A DNA stretch of 64,000 nt from an uncultured bacterium (GTDB lineage Bacteria; Acidobacteriota; Thermoanaerobaculia; Multivoradales; JAHZIX01): the NCBI GenBank assembly GCA_965368975.1, contig CBDUPA010000001.1, positions 828,118-892,117 of the forward strand, given 5' to 3'. Below the pieces are notes generated by a model. That model worked only from the letters and a program-made list of their open reading frames with translations, did no database searches and was not told where the DNA came from. The position numbers and the translations under genes are program-made. Shown one piece after another: positions 55,818 through 64,000 of this stretch; position 1 is the stretch's first letter, and every line of letters starts with the position of its first letter.

Positions 55818-56960
55818 GTGACGACAGAAACCGTGACCAACAAGTCAGCAGCCGTAGCGACGTCCAGCAAACGCGTGGTGATGGTGACCGGCTTTCCGGG
55901 CTTCCTGGCCAAGCGTCTGCTGCGCCAACTGGGGACCGCGCAGCCCGGGAATGAATACGTACTGCTGGTCGAAGAACGCTTTCAGGCCAAGGCTGAGGAC
56001 GACCTGCGCGAATTGGAAAGCGAAGTAGCGGCGCTCGAGGGGCGCTGGCAGGTGGTGGTCGGTGACATCACCGACCCGCAGCTCGGCCTGAGCTATGGCG
56101 ACTACTGGGACCTGGTCACCCAGGTCAACCGTTTCTGGCACTTCGCCGCCATCTACGATCTGGCGGTCAAGGAGACCGTGGCGCACAAGATCAATGTCGC
56201 AGGCACCCAGCACGTCCTGGACTTCTGTGCCGAGTGTACGGACTTCCGCTGCCTCTACTACGTCTCCACCTGTTACGTCTCCGGCGACCGGCGGGGCGAG
56301 ATCCGCGAGGACGAGCTGGCTGCGGGGCAGAAGTTCAAGAACCACTACGAGTCGACCAAGTTCCTAGCTGAGAAGGCGGTGCAGGAGCGCTGGGACAAGA
56401 TCCCGACCGTGATCTTCCGTCCGGCGGTCGTGGTCGGCGATTCCAAGACCGGGGAGACCGACAAGTATGACGGCCCTTACCCCATGATCCAGTTGCTCAT
56501 GCGCCTGCCCCAATGGGCGCCGGTGCCAGCCATCGGCCGTGGAGACTCGACCATCAACCTCGTTCCCGTCGACTTCGTGATCGACGCCATGGTGGCGATC
56601 AGCGGCCAGGAAGGCATCACTGGCAAGGTCTACCAACTGGCCGACCCGGAGCCGATGAGCACTCATGACGGTTTGCAGGCGATCCACCACGCCCTCGGCC
56701 GCTCGGGCACCCTAGGACGTCTGCCGCCGGCCCTGGCCGAAGCCTCGATGAGCGTTGGTTTGGTGCGCCGCCTGGTCGGCATGCCCAAGCAGGTTGTGGT
56801 CTACATGAATCACGATGCCCGCTACGACACGTCCAACGTGCAGGCCGCGCTCGAGGGGACCGGCATCTCGTGTCCCCGTTTTGCGGACTACTTGGCGACG
56901 CTGATCGACTACGTCAAGGCGCACCCAGAGAAGCAATTCCTGGTACGCCACGAGCTGTAG
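55818..56960 (+). CDS. Extended SDR / NAD_binding_4 (male-sterility-type) oxidoreductase
   Basis: TGFPGFLA, GDIT.P.LGL, H.AAIYD, NV.GT, YVST, YESTK..AE; AGGAGG RBS before GTG. Confidence 0.9.
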   Translation: MTTETVTNKSAAVATSSKRVVMVTGFPGFLAKRLLRQLGTAQPGNEYVLLVEERFQAKAEDDLRELESEVAALEGRWQVVVGDITDPQLGLSYGDYWDLVTQVNRFWHFAAIYDLAVKETVAHKINVAGTQHVLDFCAECTDFRCLYYVSTCYVSGDRRGEIREDELAAGQKFKNHYESTKFLAEKAVQERWDKIPTVIFRPAVVVGDSKTGETDKYDGPYPMIQLLMRLPQWAPVPAIGRGDSTINLVPVDFVIDAMVAISGQEGITGKVYQLADPEPMSTHDGLQAIHHALGRSGTLGRLPPALAEASMSVGLVRRLVGMPKQVVVYMNHDARYDTSNVQAALEGTGISCPRFADYLATLIDYVKAHPEKQFLVRHEL

Positions 56961-57053
56961 TCACCGGCTGACCAGGTAGAAATCGACACGGTTTCGGACG
57001 CAGAGCCTTGCTGTGAGAGCATGGATATCGGTACCCAAACTTGGGTTGCTGGG

Positions 57054-57082
57054 TTGAAATCGCGTGCAATCTAAGCTATACT
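57054..57082 (+). promoter_or_regulatory. Sigma70-like promoter
   Basis: TTGAAA-N17-TATACT. Confidence 0.65.
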
Positions 57083-57174
57083 TGGGGTTGAATGTCGCGA
57101 TTTACCGCAGAGGACCCAACCCGCCTCACCTCTCTCTCATGCCAAATTCTCATAAACCTAAGGAGGTCTCGCCT

Positions 57175-58536
57175 ATGAAGCGTGTGCTCATTGGCTGTCT
57201 CGCCCTCGTGCTTTCGGGGATGGCGATTCCAGCTTTCGCTGGAACCGTGTACATACCGATCATCAACGAGGATGGAGCCGTCACCGGTATCGACTACCAG
57301 ACCAAGCTGTGGGTCTCGAACCAGGGCTCCGTCGACCGCCGTTTCACGACTCTCAACCTGGGTCTCGATACGGACGGTGTGCAACGAGACATCGTCGCTC
57401 AACCGACCACGACCCTGGTGCCCGCGGACTCGACCAAGGTCTTGCAGGTTTCCGGAGCGGCCGCGAACAGCGGCTTGCTGGAAGTGGTCGCGGCTCCGCA
57501 GCTGGCCATCTCAGCGCGCCTGGGGGCAGCTGACAATGGTGTGCTCGGTGCCTCTCTGCCGGTGATCACCTCCGAAAATCTCACGTCGGCGGACGGCGAG
57601 GTCTTCCTGCAGCCCTGGGTGACCGATGCCACCCGAGTTACCGATCTCTACGTCGTCAATCTCGGCCACGAGACGGCCAGCTGTCGAGTCGATGCGGTAC
57701 GGGCCAACGGTACTCTGGTCTTTCCGGGAGCGGTGCTCAGCTTCAAGCCTGTCTCCATGAGGTCCTTTGTCGACGTGCTCGGCATCCTGGGGCAGGAAGT
57801 TCTGGGGGACGTTCGTGCCAGAGTCTCCTGCGACCAAGAATTCTTCGCTTTCTCGACGATCTACGATCTCGAAACGGGAGAGGTTCTGGTGGTCGAGGCG
57901 GCTGGAACGGGTGCCTCTGAGCTGATCGTTCCGGGGACCGAACCGCCACCGCCGCCGCCACCAACCTGTCCGACCGGCGCAACCTGCTTCGAGATCGATG
58001 GTCTCGTCTTCATGCCGGTGGGCAGCGAGCCGGTTCGCCGGTTCACGTTCCCGGTTCCCGCCGGGACCTATCGCAAGCTGCACATGACCATGGATGTCTA
58101 CCATGGCGGCTGGCGTAGCCCGACCTCGGGTCTGCACAACATCTTCTGGCTGGTTCGTGACCGGAACCTCGACATGTTCGGCTATGCCAACCTGCGCGGC
58201 CCGGGCAAGGACACCTTCCTGTTCCGCCACGGCTTCAATATCGCTCAGGGAGACAAGCCGAAGATCGAGCAGGGCTTCAGGGCCGAACCGGGGGTGACGT
58301 ACACCTTCGACTTCACCTACGACGCCGGGGCGCGTCAGCTGACGATGCTGATCTACAACAGGGACACCGGTGACCTGCTGGGGACCTTCATCGACCAGAC
58401 CAACGTGAGCCAGTTCACGTTCAAGACCGGCCAGCGGCTGTTGATGGACATCAGTTTCCCGCCGGGGCTCAACCCGAACGAGCCGCCGACCTTTGGTTGG
58501 CGTTACGAGAACCTGCGCATCGAAGTGATGCCGTAG
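57175..58536 (+). CDS. Secreted hypothetical protein (two beta modules, poly-Pro linker, C-terminal beta-sandwich domain)
   Basis: AAGGAGG RBS; signal peptide ending AFA; PPPPPPPT linker. Confidence 0.75.
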   Translation: MKRVLIGCLALVLSGMAIPAFAGTVYIPIINEDGAVTGIDYQTKLWVSNQGSVDRRFTTLNLGLDTDGVQRDIVAQPTTTLVPADSTKVLQVSGAAANSGLLEVVAAPQLAISARLGAADNGVLGASLPVITSENLTSADGEVFLQPWVTDATRVTDLYVVNLGHETASCRVDAVRANGTLVFPGAVLSFKPVSMRSFVDVLGILGQEVLGDVRARVSCDQEFFAFSTIYDLETGEVLVVEAAGTGASELIVPGTEPPPPPPPTCPTGATCFEIDGLVFMPVGSEPVRRFTFPVPAGTYRKLHMTMDVYHGGWRSPTSGLHNIFWLVRDRNLDMFGYANLRGPGKDTFLFRHGFNIAQGDKPKIEQGFRAEPGVTYTFDFTYDAGARQLTMLIYNRDTGDLLGTFIDQTNVSQFTFKTGQRLLMDISFPPGLNPNEPPTFGWRYENLRIEVMP

Positions 58537-58576
58537 GCTGGGTGCCTGGCCGTTCGTCGGCTGGGTGTCAGAAATG

Positions 58577-58607
58577 AGAAAGCCCCCGCTCGCCGCGGGG
58601 GCTTTCT
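58577..58607 (+). terminator. Intrinsic terminator
   Basis: AGAAAGCCCCCGC-TCGCC-GCGGGGGCTTTCT. Confidence 0.85.
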
Positions 58608-58799
58608 TGGTTCAGGAGGGGTTTCTGCGGGATGCGAGGAACCCGAGGAGATCCACCGCTCGGGTCAGGGGGAGGTGGCTCGGCTCCAACGCGGCAGGTA
58701 GTTTTCGGACCGGAGATTTGTGGATCTTGTCCTGGAATAATCGCCCATGACACCCTCGTGCCGACGAAGCTCTGACTTGATCTCTTCGCGGAGGTGTAG

Positions 58800-59978
58800 A
58801 TGGAACCCTGGATGGAAGTTCTTTTCGGCTGGCTGGTTGTTTTCCTGGTGGCGGGGTACTACCTACGCGAGTACCTGAAGACGCGTCGACAGAAGGCCGC
58901 TGCGGCCGCGGGCCCGCGGACTCCCGCGAACGCAACTCCGATGCCGCTTCCCATAGAGGCTACGCAGGAGCCAGAGGATCTGGAGCCAGAGGATCTGGAG
59001 CCTGAGGATCTGGAATCAGCCCGCGAGAATGCCTTGCTGCAGGTCCGGAAAGACATCGAGGCACATGGTTGGCACGTGGTGGCGGTTGTGAGCAAGGACG
59101 AACCCACCTATCTGTTCACAATTGGCCTGTGGCAGAGCTACCGTCATCCCGAACTCGTCCTCTTTCCGGCCGGTGAGGCCCAGGGTATGTTGCCGAATCT
59201 GCAGCGCCTGTGTCGAGCCGTGCGGGATGGCCGAGTCCTCGATCCCGATGCCATGGATCCCGGTGCCTTCGGTTCCTTTCCCGGTATCTTCTGCAGGGTC
59301 GACACCTTTTGGTACAGCCGCTTCTTGGGAGCGGCGCTGGGACACTACGGACATGCCGAGTTCCCGGTGCTGCAGGTTTTCTGGCCAGATTCCGAGGGGC
59401 TTTTTCCATGGTTTGACGGCTTCGCCGAGAGCTTCTTCTATCACCAGCCACTGCTCTTCGAGTCGAATCCAGAGGCGGCGCGCCTGGACCTCTTTGCCAG
59501 TGCTCGCGACGGCGGCGATGCTTCGTTCTACGACCAGCCGACCGAGGCCCTCTTGATCGACTTGCCACCCGGTCCCGCGATGCGCCTGTTGGACGCCTGG
59601 CGCTGGGAAGCCGAGGAGGACAACGTGCCGTTCAAGGCGACGATCTTTGGTGATCTGCTCACGCGCTCGGCGGCCGGCGAGGTCTGGTTTCTCGACACCG
59701 CGCGCGCTGAGTACTTTCCGCTCTGCACGTCCGAAGAGCAGTGGCGCGAGCAGCTCTCCGAGCCCGCTTATCTGCGTACGCCACCGATCGAAGACCCGAA
59801 CGTGCTCGAGGAGTTCTGGCAGCGGCGCGAGCAGCTACAGCCGGGCCAGGTCTTCTCGTGGAAGGCGCATCCGCTCGCCGGTGGCGAGATGACTTGTGAC
59901 AACTCCCAAGTTCTCGGTCTCGAGGAACACTTGACGCGGACCGGGACGCTGGCGCGCAAGGAGGTGCTGGGAGAGTAG
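58800..59978 (+). CDS. Membrane-anchored DUF4262 domain fused to a DUF1851/Tdi1-immunity-like domain
   Basis: GGAGG RBS; N-terminal TM helix; HGWHV..V...FTIGL...HPEL and LQ..WPD..G.FPW (DUF4262); W.W, T.FGD, G.VWFLD, L.PGQ...K..PL.GG....DN (DUF1851-like). Confidence 0.68.
   Translation: MEPWMEVLFGWLVVFLVAGYYLREYLKTRRQKAAAAAGPRTPANATPMPLPIEATQEPEDLEPEDLEPEDLESARENALLQVRKDIEAHGWHVVAVVSKDEPTYLFTIGLWQSYRHPELVLFPAGEAQGMLPNLQRLCRAVRDGRVLDPDAMDPGAFGSFPGIFCRVDTFWYSRFLGAALGHYGHAEFPVLQVFWPDSEGLFPWFDGFAESFFYHQPLLFESNPEAARLDLFASARDGGDASFYDQPTEALLIDLPPGPAMRLLDAWRWEAEEDNVPFKATIFGDLLTRSAAGEVWFLDTARAEYFPLCTSEEQWREQLSEPAYLRTPPIEDPNVLEEFWQRREQLQPGQVFSWKAHPLAGGEMTCDNSQVLGLEEHLTRTGTLARKEVLGE
58968..59012 (+). 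repeat. 15-bp in-frame tandem repeat x3 (EPEDL)
   Basis: GAGCC(A/T)GAGGATCTG three times. Confidence 0.85.
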
Positions 59979-60080
59979 GTGAGTCTGAGCCGATCCAGTC
60001 CCACCTGGGCAAGACATCGAGTAGGAAGGGCGGTGCAGTAGAATGTCGGCACATCAGCTTCGCAAGCAAGGAGTCTTTTC

Positions 60081-63000
60081 ATGCCGCCTGCTATGCCGCC
60101 GCCCACACCGGCCCATGCCTTTGACCCGATCGAGGCTTCCTCCGACAAGCTCGATCATCTGCTGAACGACAAGCCGATCCTCTGGGTTGGTGCCGGACTG
60201 AGTGTCGCGGCAGGGTATCCGACAACCGGAGAGTTGCTCGAGGCTATGCGGCAGCGCGTCGAAGGAGAGCGAGACAAGCTCGACGTTACCGAGCCGTTCT
60301 ACGCTGTGACCGACACCTTCCTGAGGAAGCAGAGTCGCGGCGTCCTGAGTCAACTGCTTCACGGTCTGTTCGCCCAGCCGCGCCAACTAACGGAAAGTCA
60401 CCGAGCCTTGGCTCGCCTGGCTGGAGCGGGCTGCTTTGCGGCGATTGTCACGACCAACTTCGACGACCTGCTCGAGCGTGCACTCGGCGAGGCACAGGTG
60501 CCATTTCTGAAGCAGGTACAGGAAGATAACAAGGCGCTGCACGAAGGCGATAGCGTGCGCTTGTACAAGCTACACGGTGACTTCGGCAACTGGCAGAAGA
60601 TCATTCTGGCGGGCGATGCCTACCAGCGTTTCGGCAGCACGTATCCGTTCTTGCAGGCCGAGCTGGACCAGTTGCTGCGCCGGCATTGCGTTTTGTTTGC
60701 AGGTTGTTCGATGCTGGACCCGCGGATCCTGGACTGGTTGGCAGAGTTGGACGACGAGGGGCAGGCTGAGCTCAAGCTTTGGCGGCCCCTGCTGACCGAG
60801 AAGTCCTGGAATGAAGCACTGCAGGCTCAGTGGCCTAGGGGCAACGTGTCCGGCGCCCTGCGGCGGGCGCCGCTGCGGCCGGTGTTCTTGCAGAGTCACG
60901 CGCAGCTGCCGCAGCTGTTGCAAGCCGTGGCGGAGAAGCGAGTGCCCGAGCCTGTGGATGTTCAGGGAGAGCGGCTGGAGCTGGAGATCGAGGTCACGCG
61001 GGACGGCTGGAAGCTGGCGTTGCAGGGTTGCGAGGGCTGGTCACGCCCCGATCCGCTCGCGGACGCTGGGCTGGTCGCGGAGGTCAAGGCACTGCGCGAT
61101 CTCGGGGTCCGGCCGCTGCCGCTCGGCGATGCTAATGTGGCGGTGCCGGAAGTGGCGGATGTGCTGGCGCTGTTGCGGCAGCTGACCCTCTCTTTGGGAG
61201 ACCGGCTCACTGCGATCTTGCTTTCCCACCAAGCGCGAGACCTGCTCGCGGCAAGGGTGCGCGCCAACCTAGCTGGTGATCCGCCGTTCTTGCTGCTCCG
61301 TTTCCGGCCGGCGCAACTCGGGGACGACGACCTGCGCCAGCGTACCGATCGCGCGCTGGCCTTGCCCTGGGAGCTGCTGCGGCTCGATGGAGAAGCGCCG
61401 GTGGAGCACCGGACCTTAGACCTGGCGCGCGAGGCGGTGATGCCGGACTTGGAGGGGCTGCAGGCCCCCGAGCAGCCGTTGACCGTGCTGGCCACGGTCG
61501 CCGCGCCGGAGGACGCGAATCCGCTCAACGTCGAAGACGAGATGTACCAGCTGTGGTGGGCGCTCGGACGGGCGGATGAGGAACAGCGTTTGCGGGTCGC
61601 GGATCTCGGGACGTTGGAGGATCTGGTGGCCGCGGTCGGCCGGCATCGACCGCCGGTGGTCCACTTTTCCGGTCATGGACGGCCCGGAGTTCTCCTGTTC
61701 GAAGACGACGAGGCGGGCAGCGATCCTGTGCCGGTCGGCACAGTGGCGGACCGCTTGCGCGATGCCGGATGGCTGCCGCGTCTGATCTACCTCTCGGCCT
61801 GCCACGGTGCGACCGTCGAGGTTCCGGAGGGGAGTGAGGCCCCGGTAGCCGGTACCAAAGAAGCGGAGAAGGAGAGCGAGCGCCTGGCGACCGAGGCCAA
61901 GGTCTGGGAGCCTGCTGAGCCAGCGACTGCCGCTACCCTTCATCGAGCCGGTTTGCAACAGGTCGTCGCCTACTTCGGCCCGGTCGGTGACCGCCAGGCT
62001 ACCCGTGCCGCGGCTGCTTTCTACACCCGCCTGGCGCGCGGTACCACGGCTCGGGTGGCGTTGCGCGAGGCGCGGCGGGTATCGACCGAGCCTCTGGTAC
62101 AGGATGGTAAGCCCGCCTATGTGTACCCTCTGGGCTGGGCCCAGCTTGCGCTCTACCACCGCGGTTCCGACTATCCGACCGCCCTACCCACCGTCGCCGC
62201 CACCGAGCCCGAGCATCGGCCCCAGAGCCACGAGCGCAGCTGGGACGCTCTCGACCATCGTGGCGGCAGCGTTCAGCGCCTGTGCCACGGCTTTGTCGGC
62301 CGCCGGCGACCGCGCGCGGAACTGATTCGACGCTGGCGGGAGGGCCAACGGATGCTGGTCGTGCAGGGTCTGGGAGGTCTGGGCAAGACCGCGCTGTGTA
62401 CCGAGGTCGCACCGATCCTGGCGCGGCACCTGGGCGAGGGGACGCCGGTACTGGCACTCGATGGTCGGGCTGCAGCCGCGAAGGAACAGGCCAGCCCTGT
62501 AGAAAGCCTGTGGCAGCAGGTAGCGGCGGCGCGCTCGGATGAGGCATGGAGCCAGAAGCTGGCAGGCTTGCAGCAAGAGGGGATCGACGGCGAAGCGCTG
62601 GCGCAGGCTGTGCTGCTCCTGCAGCAGCTCGAAGGCCGGCTCCTGGTCTATCTGGACGACGCAGAAAGCCTGCAGGTGCCGCTCGGAGAAGGAGACCTGG
62701 GCCGGTGGGGCGACGAAGAGGTCCAGGACTTCTGGACCAGTTTGAGCGCCGCCGTGGTCCGCCAAGGAGCCTTGGGTGTCCTCGCCTCGACGCGCTACTG
62801 GCCCGAGGAGACGACTCTCAAGGCCCGCGTTGCACTGCCGGTGATGAGTCCCTACGAGATCGTGCGCCTGCTCGGCTGGCAGCCGACTTTGCAGCGCCTA
62901 CCCTCGGCGGATAAGGACTGGTTGGTGCCGAAGCTCGACGGGCACCCGCGTACCGTCGAGTTCCTGGAGACGGCAGTCGCGAAGCGGTTGGAAGAGGTGG

Positions 63001-64000
63001 ACTCCTTCGGTGGCGGTGTAGGTTGGGTGGGAGACTGGCGGCGGCAGATTCTGGAGCCGGTCCTCCCCAAGACGCGGCAGAAGATCGACGCCAATTTGCT
63101 TCTGGCGGAGGTTTGGGGATCGCTGTCCGAGCCGGTGCGGGAGTTTCTCGGCCAGTGCAGTGTCTTGGAAGAGGCTGTGCCGGAGGGAGCGTTACGGGCT
63201 CTCGAATCCGAAGCTGGAGCGCTGCGGCGAGCCTTGGGATCTGGCTTGCTGAGCGCCTTCTTGCCGCCGGTGGGAAAGGCGGCCTGGTGGGGGCTGCATC
63301 GGTTGGTGAGTGAGAAGGTGCGGCAGTCGTGGTCGGGAGATGGCGGGGAGGCACACCGGCGTTTGGGGCGGTGGTTCCGGGAGCAGTTCGAAGAGGTTGG
63401 TGATGTCCTTTGGGCGATGCGGGCGGTCGACCACCTGTGTCGGGCGGGGGCGGGTGATGAGGCGTGGCCGGTGGCGCAGCACCTCGTCAAGTGGCTGCGC
63501 GGTGGCGGCCGCTATCGGGAGGCTCTGGTGTGGGTCGAGCGGGCGCTGGCGGCGGCGCCGAGTGGGGAACAGCTGGGGATGGCCTTGGCGTTCCAGGCGC
63601 AGATTCTCCGTATGGCGGGGAAGCTTCGGCCGGCGGGGGAAAAGGAGTTGCTAGGGGCGCTCGATCTTGTGCCCGCCTCGGAGCATGGCTTTGTTCTGAG
63701 CGAATTGGCAGCGCTGGCCAAGATGCAAGGTAAGTTGCCTCAGGCTGCTTCCCACTTGCAGCGAGCGGTCGAGGTTGAGGAGGGCCTGGAGGAGGGGCCG
63801 AATGTTGCTTCTCTTCTGCACTCGCTTGCCGGCGTGCTTCAGGCTCAGGGCGATCTAGTAGGTGCCCGCGCGTATCTGGAGCGTTCGCTGTCGATTTCGG
63901 AGCGCGTGTTTGGTACCGAGGATCACCCGTCTGTGGCTGCGTCGTTGCACTCGCTTGCCGGCGTGCTTCAGGCTCAGGGCGATCTAGTAGGTGCCCGCGC
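60081..64000 (+). CDS. SIR2-CHAT-STAND(NB-ARC-like)-TPR NLR-like protein, 3'-truncated by the window edge
   Basis: AAGGAG RBS. Manual translation gives WVGAGLS (60189), TTNFD (60450), KLHG (60567), GCSMLD; LPWELL, HFSGHG (61662), LSACH (61791); FVGR, GLGGLGKT (62367), LVYLDDAE, DGHP; then TPRs HPSVAASLHSLAGVLQAQGDL. No terminated ORF is listed in this frame. Confidence 0.88.
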   Translation, partial: MPPAMPPPTPAHAFDPIEASSDKLDHLLNDKPILWVGAGLSVAAGYPTTGELLEAMRQRVEGERDKLDVTEPFYAVTDTFLRKQSRGVLSQLLHGLFAQPRQLTESHRALARLAGAGCFAAIVTTNFDDLLERALGEAQVPFLKQVQEDNKALHEGDSVRLYKLHGDFGNWQKIILAGDAYQRFGSTYPFLQAELDQLLRRHCVLFAGCSMLDPRILDWLAELDDEGQAELKLWRPLLTEKSWNEALQAQWPRGNVSGALRRAPLRPVFLQSHAQLPQLLQAVAEKRVPEPVDVQGERLELEIEVTRDGWKLALQGCEGWSRPDPLADAGLVAEVKALRDLGVRPLPLGDANVAVPEVADVLALLRQLTLSLGDRLTAILLSHQARDLLAARVRANLAGDPPFLLLRFRPAQLGDDDLRQRTDRALALPWELLRLDGEAPVEHRTLDLAREAVMPDLEGLQAPEQPLTVLATVAAPEDANPLNVEDEMYQLWWALGRADEEQRLRVADLGTLEDLVAAVGRHRPPVVHFSGHGRPGVLLFEDDEAGSDPVPVGTVADRLRDAGWLPRLIYLSACHGATVEVPEGSEAPVAGTKEAEKESERLATEAKVWEPAEPATAATLHRAGLQQVVAYFGPVGDRQATRAAAAFYTRLARGTTARVALREARRVSTEPLVQDGKPAYVYPLGWAQLALYHRGSDYPTALPTVAATEPEHRPQSHERSWDALDHRGGSVQRLCHGFVGRRRPRAELIRRWREGQRMLVVQGLGGLGKTALCTEVAPILARHLGEGTPVLALDGRAAAAKEQASPVESLWQQVAAARSDEAWSQKLAGLQQEGIDGEALAQAVLLLQQLEGRLLVYLDDAESLQVPLGEGDLGRWGDEEVQDFWTSLSAAVVRQGALGVLASTRYWPEETTLKARVALPVMSPYEIVRLLGWQPTLQRLPSADKDWLVPKLDGHPRTVEFLETAVAKRLEEVDSFGGGVGWVGDWRRQILEPVLPKTRQKIDANLLLAEVWGSLSEPVREFLGQCSVLEEAVPEGALRALESEAGALRRALGSGLLSAFLPPVGKAAWWGLHRLVSEKVRQSWSGDGGEAHRRLGRWFREQFEEVGDVLWAMRAVDHLCRAGAGDEAWPVAQHLVKWLRGGGRYREALVWVERALAAAPSGEQLGMALAFQAQILRMAGKLRPAGEKELLGALDLVPASEHGFVLSELAALAKMQGKLPQAASHLQRAVEVEEGLEEGPNVASLLHSLAGVLQAQGDLVGARAYLERSLSISERVFGTEDHPSVAASLHSLAGVLQAQGDLVGAR
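63817..64000 (+). repeat. Nucleotide-identical TPR repeat units (129-bp period)
   Basis: The 55 nt at 63817-63871 are identical to 63946-64000. Confidence 0.9.

Noticed and set aside
60054-63733. Short ORFs listed in the track for the last 4 kb
   Set aside because: All lie in other frames or on the opposite strand of the long SIR2-CHAT-STAND-TPR ORF.

Overview
A high-GC (roughly two-thirds G+C, estimated by eye), gene-dense bacterial chromosomal segment. Its gene content suggests Acidobacteriota, most likely Thermoanaerobaculia-like (inference): an Acidobacterial-type VWA protein, TIGR02999-type ECF sigma factors paired with TPR Ser/Thr kinases, and 'YFWFF..N.E..VKVLDG' repeat domains. Housekeeping genes (dnaB, rnd, a pyrimidine-nucleoside phosphorylase, a YfgM-like protein, tRNA-Leu(UAA)) are interspersed with transporters, signalling proteins and secreted enzymes. 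I see no integrase, transposase, rRNA or CRISPR array. The most striking element is missing from the ORF track because it runs off the right edge: a >1300-codon ORF from 60081 with the architecture SIR2 (NADase-like) - CHAT (caspase-like, His/Cys dyad intact) - STAND/NB-ARC NTPase - TPR array with nucleotide-identical repeats. This looks like a bacterial NLR-like immune receptor with two effector domains, and it lies just downstream of a DUF4262/Tdi1-immunity-like fusion gene. Other notable points: mini-genes joining a signal peptide directly to the C-terminal end of a larger family member, an orphan MurL-like epimerase, a TerB-like/CbbX-type AAA protein with a degenerate Walker B, a knottin-like tail on a protease, two ECF-kinase modules, short tandem-repeat arrays in promoter regions, and several probable leaderless genes. 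All family assignments come from recognising motifs by eye; no database search was run.
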